Origin: Octopus vulgaris | Lineage: Eukaryota | Assembly (NCBI GenBank): GCA_951406725.2 | Contig: OX597830.1 | Location: 248,001 to 312,000, forward strand | Direction: 5' to 3' | DNA length: 64,000 bases | Shown here: piece after piece, positions 53,879-64,000 of the stretch | Layout of the letters: every line of letters starts with the position of its first letter | Numbering within the stretch: the first letter of the stretch is position 1 | Notes under the pieces: model-generated | The model's input: the letters and a program-made list of their open reading frames with translations, nothing else | Told to the model about the DNA's origin: nothing | The model's database searches: none | Made by a program: the position numbers and the translations under genes

Positions 53879-56056
53879 TATTTCAAAACATTTGCCATAA
53901 AGGCAGTACACAGATTAAGTTAGCTTTGCGGGCTGGACGAGGACATTAATGAGGTGAATGATAATGAAAGAAAGATGATAAGGATGGGAGAAGACAGAAA
54001 GCGCCCGCCGACTTTTGCTTCTCTAAAACATTGTTCTTTTTAAAAAAGATTAACACAAAACGAGGTATTAATCCTCTTACAATTTTTCAATTTTTGGACT
54101 TAAGTCCATTACTAATAATACATATCGTCCTCGAAATAGCTTGTGCCCGCGCCCTCCACCATCAACCACGCCTCCATCAGAACGTAGTCAAGTTCCGAGT
54201 TCGCGTCGCCCGGGACCAAGTTATAGTCTTCATTGAGCTCCTTTAGCCCTAGCGTCACGTCGAACGCCACGGCCTCCACAGCTACCTGCGGAGGCCATTC
54301 GGGGTCCTGTGTGAAGGCTAAAGGTGCTCCCTTGTAGTGCTCTTCCATCACTTTTTCAATTTCTCCTCCTCTATAGAAGAGGACCAATACATTCAGTTCT
54401 TTCGTTGGCGGCACAGTTTCCGCCAACGGTATTCCTTCTCTTGTCGGTGGCACAACCCCAACCGACGTAGTTCCGCGACATTCCGGTGCCACACTGACAG
54501 CCGGCAACGTCCCGTTTTTCTTCCTCTTTTTCTTTTTTTTCCCTTTTCAACTGAGGGAGGGTGCGTCTCCTCCGTGGCTGGAAGATTCGCCCTCCTCTCC
54601 TCATCCCTATTATCCTTTGGTGAGCACCCATTGTTGCTCACCTTCCTCTTCGGCCTCTGCTTGAGGAGTCCTCTGCTTTCTCGGCCGTTATCGTTCCCTC
54701 TTCTAGAGGGGTTTTACTTAACTGTTCCGGGATCCTATTTTGTTCCCGAGGACAGTTCTTCTTTATGTGGCCGGACTCCAAGCACCGATGACACTTAGGG
54801 GGGCGACCCTCAAGCATCACCGGGTACCTGCACCCGGCCATTTTCAAAAAATCTGGAAAAACCAGATTGGCTGATTGGGTCCACAGGGTCAAAACTGCTT
54901 TCGAGCCAACCCAAGCAGCCGCAGGAAGAACTTTTACATTGAGGAGCTTAGTTTCGCTGTCACCCAGACCCCGGCGGATAGTCTCCTCTATCCACTCGGG
55001 TTCTATGTCGGGTGGCAGTCCGCAGATCCAAGCTTTCATCAATTTCTTTTTTTTGTAAGTGGGCAGGAATAAGATTTCCTTACCCTCCCAGGGTTCGCTA
55101 GCAAATTTGCAAGCCTCTTCAGGGGTGTCAAACAGCAACCACACCGTTCCATATTTGACACCCCTGGAAATGAATTTAATTGTTGGCAAATACTCCTCCA
55201 ACTCCTCCTCAATTGCCGTCTTTTCGAATAGGGCGATGGTGTCAAGTGCCTTGGAGTAGGTTCTCAACACCACCGTCCTATCTTCACGGTCCTTCAACCA
55301 CTTTTTGGGTGGTATGATTTCCCACTCCAAAACTTTGTTATTTTTCATTGCCATGTTTTTTAAGAAATATATTCAAATTAGACTCAAAAGCAGGAAGAAA
55401 AAAGTTCAAAAGTCTAAATAAATTTGATAGATTTTTGAAAAAACAAAAAGGAGAAAGCACAACAGAAGGGAAGAAATTAACGGAAAGTCGCAATAAAGAA
55501 AAAACAAAAGGGGGGGGGGGTAAATGAAGTTCAAAAGAAAGTTAATAAACAGAAAAAACACAGCAAAAATATTCTGGCCTTGCGGTACTCCCGGCCTGGG
55601 TTGAACCTGGAACACCGCAACTGCAACACAACCTCCACAAAAAGGTCCGAAAGGTAATCCAATAGTGGCTTATTTTTATACTTTTCTTGCGAAGTACTCT
55701 GACAAGGGAATAAATTCAACAAATCCAAACACAGCACTGGCTACCGCCAACGGTGATTTTAACAGTAACTGTATTGAATTCTGAGGATACGCCCCTCCAC
55801 TGTTTTTTCTTTTTTTTTTTTTTTTTCAATGAACACAAAAACGGCAGCCGCCTAGCGCAGGCGAAATTGTCTCAGAGTTGGACACAACCTACTGAAATAA
55901 TAATTGGCACGCAATAAATTATGCCCAACTCACAATAAACAAAATCACTTACCTCGACAACTTTCCGTTTTTGGTCTTTTTTCTTTAGTTGGAAGGAGCT
56001 TGTTACTCACGTCCACTCTAGCTCAACAGGAAGCAACCGACTAACTGCGCATGTGT
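53879..56056 (-). mobile_element. ORF1-only Tx1-related non-autonomous element (~2.2 kb, HAL1-like)
   Basis: ~700-bp 5' UTR, ORF1 homologue, no ORF2; 3' end similar to that of 48428-53862; flanked by the same 16-bp direct repeat. Confidence 0.85.
54112..55354 (-). CDS. ORF1 homologue of the ORF1-only element (interrupted after aa 238)
   Basis: RTVVLRTYS, RGVKYGTVWLLF, FLPTY, GLPPDIEPEWI, VMLEGRPPKCHRCLESGHIKKNC; C-terminal segment 54112-54507 is in another frame. Confidence 0.8.
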
Positions 56057-56092
56057 GGTTAGCAAGCTACTTACCACACAGCCACTCCTGCG

Positions 56093-56094
<2 letters not shown>
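56057..56094 (-). mobile_element. 5' head of the split SINE (A-box region)
   Basis: GGCGCAGGAGTGGCTGTGTGGTAAGTAGCTTGCTAACC on the minus strand; matches the head of the copy at 22243-22605. Confidence 0.9.
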
Positions 56095-56128
<34 letters not shown>

Positions 56129-56994
56129 AATATATACACATAGTAATTATTATATATATATATATTTATACATGTATGTTTATATGTGTATATATATCAA
56201 TTTATATGCATACCTTATATAAATATATATATATTCGTACAAATGCACATTAATGCACACACGTAATATTTGTAACTTTCATGAAAGTTTTAACATGTTC
56301 AAGAGTTTTTTCTTTTCATTATGTTAGCTTTATATTAACCGCTTATGATGATGTCTTACTGAAGATTGCTGATAAAATCACATTCGTAGAACCGATGTTT
56401 CACAAATGTGAAATAGCTGAAAGACAGAATTCAGTTTGTGGGAGGAAGAAAAACATTGAATGTACAGATACATGAAAAAGAAAATATAGAAAAAGAATAT
56501 TCTTTTGTTATTTCGAATCTATTTTTCTCCTCTACTTTCTAAAGCCGATTCAATTGTGTTTCTTCTAAATAAAATAGGAATTTGTGTTGAGTATCTTGTG
56601 ATGAAATAGCAGTGGGATATATTCCGATTCAGGCAATGAATATACAGAATGAATAAGCAGAAGGTTCCCTTATATTGATGCAAACTAATACAATATTATT
56701 TCGGTGATGGCATCCACATGGTCGATTGACGTGCTAGATCCCTTACCACCTTCCTACAAATGAAATACATTATTTAAAGTTTATGCTACAAATCGCAGAC
56801 CACACGGTCCCGGCTGGACTGTTTTTGCTTTTGAGTTTTCCGATCAGAGTTAGAGCGAGTGAAAAATATGCTGAAACAAGTCCTCCTTGTCTCCCTCTTC
56901 TATTTCCCTGCATCGACTACAGTCACGCCGATCTAGTATTTTCATGTTCCTTTTTGACTTCTTTCCTCTTTGTCTATCTCATATCTTGACTTTA

Positions 56995-57420
56995 TAAAGG
57001 AACAGTCTTATGTATTTTTTTTAGTTGACACAATGATGAAGGAAGCCAAGATCAAAGACATCGCCATACTTGGGTCTGTACGAGTGGAGGACAAAGAAGC
57101 AGAAAAGACTGCAAAGCACAAGCCACTAAAATATGTGATTCCAAAATATGGGCAATGAAGAAAGAAAGTGTCATCCCAGTAGTTTTTGGGGTGCTGGGAG
57201 CATTAACAGCTGGGCTTGAGACATTTGTTAGAGAAACTGGGATTGACATGAGGATAGAACACGCTCGGAAAACATTTGGGGACAGCAAGGGTTTTCAGGT
57301 AAGTAATAATGTGTTAAAATATCGTGGAAAGAGATCCTGCGAGACCCTTGGCAACAGGTTGTTGCCCGCTTTTACAGAATTAGCCGGAGCAGCTGAAGTC
57401 GAAACTCTGGGAAGTGAAAT
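56995..57420 (+). mobile_element. 3' fragment of an R4/Dong-like RLE non-LTR element
   Basis: KEAKIKDIAILGSVRVEDKEAEKTAKHKPL, VIPVVFGVLGAL, IEHARKT..GTARV (degenerate PD-(D/E)xK region). Confidence 0.75.
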
Positions 57421-58125
57421 GGTAAAACTAATATTTACAACAACAAAGTGTAACATATGCAATGACATTATTCTTAAGAAATATATTTCATAGAAAGGCA
57501 AGAAGATATAGAATTAAGGGAAAATTTCATCGACGAACGGTACACATGCCCAGCCAATAAATCGTGTAACCTGGTGACAGACTGAGACAGAAATAAATAT
57601 CAAGGAAACTACTTATTTGAATCATATCTTGTGTATAAGTTGCAGCAATGTCTCATCAAATCGGTTTAATCGAAATCAGTGTTGGTGTTGAATTAAAAAC
57701 CATAAATGTTGTTATTTATTTCAGAATGAAGATATACATACATTCATGTGTATGCGTGTGTGTATAATGTGTGAATATACGTATATTTTCATGCTATCCG
57801 ATCCCCTATCTCTGAGTATATATGTTTTATACACTCGCACACACTATTTATATATAAATATGTAAAAATTGTTGTTTTATGAGGGGCATAGGCTAGTAAA
57901 ATTGCCAGACATAAAGAGTTGATATAGAGATTGTAGTAGCTCCCCACCCGTTGTGACTGAGGCTGAGCTAGTAAACAAGATTCCAGCAATTTCATTAACG
58001 TCTTTATATACATACATATATGCCTATACTTATGTGTGTATATATGTGTATGTATTTATGTATATATATTTGCATATTTAAAATACGCACTGTTACATGC
58101 TTGTAAATGAAATATACGTTTATAC

Positions 58126-58195
<70 letters not shown>

Positions 58196-58310
58196 ATGTG
58201 TGTATACATGTACAGAGAGGGAGAAACATTTATGGGTGCATAAAAGTTGTCTTTTCCCTTCATAACTCATTTACAGATAACTACTTACAGACACATATCT
58301 TGAATACCTT

Positions 58311-58371
<61 letters not shown>

Positions 58372-58846
58372 GCATGCATTGCATGTACGTAAATACATAC
58401 ACAGTGTGTGTGTATGTGTGTTTGAAAGTGTGAAAAGGAGAAAGCAATTTATGTAATCATAAACGTGTTTTTTTCCCTTCCTCGTATCTCATTTCGATTA
58501 ATTTTCCAACATTAAATATATTTTCCATTACTACCATTTACCATGACACAACCATTTATAATATTTTTTCATCCCCGACAAGACACTTTTTCCTCCATCT
58601 TGGATACATTCCTTTCTTGTCATAACCATTTTATAGACTTTCAGCTCTTCTTGCTATGTTGATGATAACTTGCGATTGATCACAGTTGTTGGCACTTGAG
58701 ACTATTATTTTTTGTCATATGTCTTAGAGACTTAACTATGTTATTGATTGGAGTGTCTGCAAGACAAAGATAACGAAATACATACACATCCAAATGCGCA
58801 CGAGCGAGTTGTGTGTGTACGTGTGTATCTGTATGGGCGTGTGTGC

Positions 58847-58904
<58 letters not shown>

Positions 58905-59789
58905 TCGTCTGCTTCTTTGTTTATTAACTAATAAACCGAACCTGAACTAGTCTTGCATATGTGATGAACATTTTAACCAAAACGGTAACGAGTAGTAAAC
59001 ATTTTTCTCTTTTTAGATAGAATTTAATCTGAAGAAAATCAATTTTCTGTATTCAAGCAGAAAATCTAATGAGTAGAATGAGTGCATATGTTTTGTCACC
59101 TCTCTGCTGTTGAAATGTATTAATAGTTTCGTTATTGAAGCAATATTTTGAAACTAAGATCATAAAAAGTTTTAGTCATTCATTCCGTTTTCATCACATC
59201 ACTGTTATTGTAAATATGTAATTAGATTTAAATAAATAGATGACAATCCTGTGACACTAATTTTCGCCCTATATTTGTCAGTGATCTAGGTTCTATTCCC
59301 ACTTGAGTCCTTTCATTTCTTTCCACCGGCACTCCGTCTGTTGCGAGGAGGGTTCCAGTTGATCCGATTCACTGAACAGTTTTCTTGTGGAATTATCGTG
59401 CAAGTGGCTCAATGGTCGTCGTCTTAGCATTTTCGAGTTTATCCTCGATGTGTAATGAAACTCAGTTTTGTATATATACAGATTCAGTCTACTATATAAA
59501 CCGTTTTTTAAAACGGCTACAAATAATCTCGAGTCTAAATAATCTGATTTATATCATGGGATGGGTGAGGAGGGCTTAGACACCTTTCAATCTACAAATT
59601 CAGATTTAAGATTCTCTTAGTATTTCTATGCAATGGATATGTTTAGGAAATTTAGAATTATAATTTAAAAGATAATAATATAGTCTCTTGCTAATTTTTC
59701 AATAAATAGAGAAGTCCTGGCAGATGATGGCCTCAGAAACAAAATTGCAGACATTATCGCATCCAAATTCAAAGATTTTCTCCACAAAC

Positions 59790-60668
59790 TGAGGATGTCA
59801 AAATCAAGTGGCGATTTCATTAGTTTTATGAAATGGATTATCATGCGCAGCCGTTGTTGAAGTGACTTCATACACTCGGTGGGTGTAGGATCGATTGCTG
59901 GTATTTGCAGATGCTATGATGCTACTCGACTTCATCAGAAGGTGATGTCCAGCATACACTGAATGGGTTTGCTGTCGCTTGTTGTGCAACAAGAATGAAA
60001 ATTATTGTTGTGAACGCTGGGACATTGATCTCACCAAGAAAGTCTTCCTGGTGAGCTCTGCATATTAGTGGAACATCACTGAAGAGCCTGTGTTCACGGG
60101 TGATGGGGAGGAGCAGGATGTTGAATGGGATGCTAGAATTTGAGGTGCTCGCAGCTTCAGCATTTGATCCTCAAAAGAGAATTCGGCAAGAAAGCCAAAT
60201 TCGCTATTTCATTTTATGTATCAATCCTCATCTATGGTCATGAATGTAAGGTAATGACCGAAAATGTACGATCGTGATTACAAGCAGCCGAAATGGGGTT
60301 ATTCGGAAAGACCTCTGAAATAGCATTATTCGACAGGGTGCGTTACTCGGGGATTGAGAATGCTCGCCAGTTCGAGGTGTTACTTCTCCGCATTGAGAGG
60401 CCGCAGCTCTAGTACTACAAACATGTGATAGAATGTCACAGACAAGAATCACAGGATCGATTCTTCAAGCCATGATAACTGACAGAAAACCCAGGGTCTG
60501 ACCAAGAACGAGATGGTTCAAGAACATCCATTGTCACAATTGGAATCAAGCTGAAGGTGTAAGGGCGGTTGTTTCTGATAGGACTCTATGGGGGAGGGAC
60601 ATAAGGACACCAACCATCCCATCGAACCCCCAGGAATGGTAGGCGAAGAAGATGGATGGATGAATGGT
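59790..60668 (+). mobile_element. Degenerate RTE-clade LINE 3' portion
   Basis: LVFADAM..SSEGDVQHTLNGFA, ILIYGHEC.VMTENVRS*LQAAEMG, LLLRIERPQL*YYKHVIRM, RKPRV*PRTRW; tail GATGGATGGATGAATGG. Confidence 0.8.
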
Positions 60669-62530
60669 CATTTTCACCTCGCAAGTTGCGTTATACATAT
60701 TTAAATTCTAAAGTTAGTTGTGTGTTATTAAAATGAAATTTGTTGAGATTTACCACAGAAAATACCGAAGTCGTTCTCTGTAGTCACAATGGGAAATAAA
60801 AGATCATTTTTAGGGTAACTACAGTTGGAAATACGTTACTTCTTTACATGGCTTTAATTCTTTTCTTCTTCATTTCGGCCTAAAGCCCTAACATTTCATT
60901 ACGACATCAATATATAAGAATTCTATCGTAGAAATCGACTTGATTTTCTGGAATTTAACCTCGCAGAGAAATGGTTTTCCATCCTAAATTATCTGCATCT
61001 TTTCTAAGGTTGCCATAATCAAATATTTTGATTAATATCGGGGACAGAATTGATTAATTCCTTATATATCCAGTTTATTATTTAATTCTTTATTTTTATG
61101 GAATCTTAAAAATGGCAACTGCCTCGATATATTGATATTCGAACAAACTGCTCTGCCTTTTGGTCAAAAGGAATTGCAACAACTACTGAAAGGAGTATAT
61201 TTTTTACAATATTATTTACTTCTAACAACGTTACTATTTCAAATTCTGTTGCTAGAATGGTGATAAAAAATAACTTCGAACTGAAAATCCGAGTTACTTT
61301 CAGCATTTGTGACTTCAAAAACGACTCAAGTTAAATTCGCGACTAAGTTTTCTGATTTCATTCCGTGCTAACAGAGATTTCTCCGTTGAAATATTCATGC
61401 AATTGGAATATTTTCGAAAAGATCCAAAATATGTTTTCCAGTCGTTATTTGATAGTTTTACCAAATCGTCTCGTTCAAGTTTCGCGAAGAAAAACCATTC
61501 AGATTTGTAAAATAATTGCGATGATTTTCGTAATGGTGTCCTGTTAATGATGGTTGGGTTAATGGTCGTGATGATGGCGATGGCAGTGATGGCTTATGTG
61601 ATTGTAGGAGCACTGTATTTGTGGCGATGGTGCTGGGGGTAGTAATGACGATGTTAATTGTAGAATGGTTGTTTTAATGGTAGATCAGTTGTATGATATG
61701 ATGGAAGATCAAAGCAAAATGCGTGGAATTATTGAAACAAATTAAAAGTTACGCCATAAGTGAACATATTCAGGTATTCCATCATTTTGCACCTGCTTAC
61801 TTCTCGATTAAACATACTTGGACCCCGGCAGTAGCTACCATAATTGGATAATGATTACAAATATCAGATGGCGGAGGAGCTGTCTCATTATCTATTCAGA
61901 TAGACATTTCCAAACACTTCACAAGAACAATATCTCGGGTCACATACAAGAATGCACACACACACACACACTGCAAAACGAGCATGCTCCTTTAAGAACT
62001 ATATTTTTCACAGTTCTGTAGATAACAACGGGAATGTTTATGTCGATTAAATACCGAGAGCTCGAAAATTTGCGCAAACAACATTTTGCCTTGTATCCGT
62101 GACAAGAAATAAATATCAACGGTTAAGCATACTCTTACAGGCCCCTTATCTATTACACATATTTGCTATAGCTACACGGATACAAATGAATCGATGGACG
62201 ATGTTTGACTTGAAGGAAGACAAATAAAGCTAGGAATTAATAGACTGGACAAAACTCATCGCCAGAGGAAACTGAAGATGGGTGAGGTGTACTCGTCTCT
62301 CATATACAGAACCAATTTGTTCATCAGAAAATCATTAGAGATAAGTATCCATACAAAAATCAATTATCAATAAAAAACTATAACAAGCGTTAGCCAGATT
62401 GTTGCATAATGTTTGCCTGACGTTGGATATAGCAGCCAAATCTTCCTTAAGTGACACGTTATCGTATAAAAAGGACGCACATATATATACAGGTGGGGTA
62501 AAAAAGGCTAACTTAACCCCGGAGTCGGGG

Positions 62531-62563
<33 letters not shown>

Positions 62564-62806
62564 TTTATCAATTTGTGGTGATGTGAAATATGTTGAAACA
62601 GATATTGTTGCATTTCGGGATGATCATTTTTATTTTTTGCCGAATAAACACACGCACTATATATTTGTTCTTCACTTGTTTATTACTGTCCTTTTTCTTT
62701 TTAACTCATGTCCATTGTACGGACAATGGACATGAGTTAAAATAAAAAAAGAGAACAATAATAAACGAGTGAAGAACAAATATATAAAATAACACTCCCG
62801 AAATAA

Positions 62807-62890
<84 letters not shown>

Positions 62891-63129
62891 ACGAATATAG
62901 AAACTGGTAGAATGACCGCAGTTAAAACGCCGTTGACAGTAGAACTCTTCGCTTTCGATTTCATGCATGACAGTTAACAATATTAACGACATCACAAAGA
63001 GCAGCAGAGACATCTTTGTTCTAAAATACAGGGTTTTTCAAAGGAATTCTCAATCTATGTTAAGTATCATAATATTTTAATTCTGTAAATATAAAGTAAG
63101 GCACTTAGAATATTTTGATCTTTGCTCCT

Positions 63130-63690
63130 GTTATATTTTATAGTTGCACGAATATGTGTGCATATACACACATTTATACACATATACATATGTACGTTTA
63201 TATATATACTCGTACGTTTATATATATATATATATGCACACACATTTATATACATACATACATACACACATGCAAACAATATTTATGCAGTGTGTGTGTA
63301 AGCCTGGAACAATTAAGCATAAACCATAGGCAAGAATTTAATAAAAGAAAATTGATTTCGAAATTGTTCAATAAAATTGTTGCTTTTTATTACATGTACT
63401 CGTACTCCATTCTGCTTACTTCATATGAAAGAATTCATGTATGTGTGTGCATATGCATACATGTAACACATACACATATTTACACGTGCATATGTAGACA
63501 AGCATACACACATATGTACTTATACACACACACACACACACATACACACACATACACATACACACACACATATATATATATATATATAGACATATATATA
63601 TATATATATATATAGACATATATACATACATACACATACACACACACACATATATGTACATTTACACATATATATATGCATATATACGGT
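63130..63690. repeat. Compound TA/CA microsatellite region
   Basis: Directly visible. Confidence 0.9.
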
Positions 63691-64000
63691 TACATCTATT
63701 TGAGTATTCCTACAGATACAGTCGAACATGATTACAAGGTGTTTGTGTGTCATCTGCGTTATGTGTGCCTAAATCTATGAATGCATCTAAGATTACTGAA
63801 GAAATGCTAAAACGGAGTTGGAAGCTAAACCAGCCTTCAGCAATTCGTTTGCAATATTTTAACAAATCGTCTAAGTTTTAGCTTTCGATTTCATATATTA
63901 CATTTTCGACTCAACGAAATATACATATACTTCTCACCAAAACGAATATACATATACACACATACACACACAATTGTGAAAACGCCATCTTTATACATAC

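Overview
Eukaryotic, AT-rich, microsatellite-dense DNA made almost entirely of transposable elements. The SINEs match families I recall from octopus genomes, so a cephalopod origin is inferred but not proven. No host protein-coding exon could be supported; most ORF-track entries are translations of (TA)n/(CA)n tracts. Recognisable elements: a near-intact Tx1-clade LINE (48428-53862) and an ORF1-only Tx1 relative (53879-56056), stacked at one identical site inside a tRNA-derived SINE and separated by three copies of the 16-mer GGTTAGCAAGCTACTT; two further Tx1 ORF1 relics; two HERO-like and one R4-like RLE LINE fragments; three CR1-group LINE fragments; an RTE fragment; two Penelope-like GIY-YIG fragments; several non-coding inverted-repeat elements in (TA)n that carry type I hammerhead ribozyme motifs; four mariner relics; a DD41D-derived foldback element; a non-autonomous Helitron; and a solo LTR. 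Best candidates for new biology: (1) a SINE-targeting, sequence-specific Tx1 system with an ORF1-only non-autonomous partner; (2) (TA)n-embedded, hammerhead-bearing inverted-repeat Penelope derivatives with atypical core variants.
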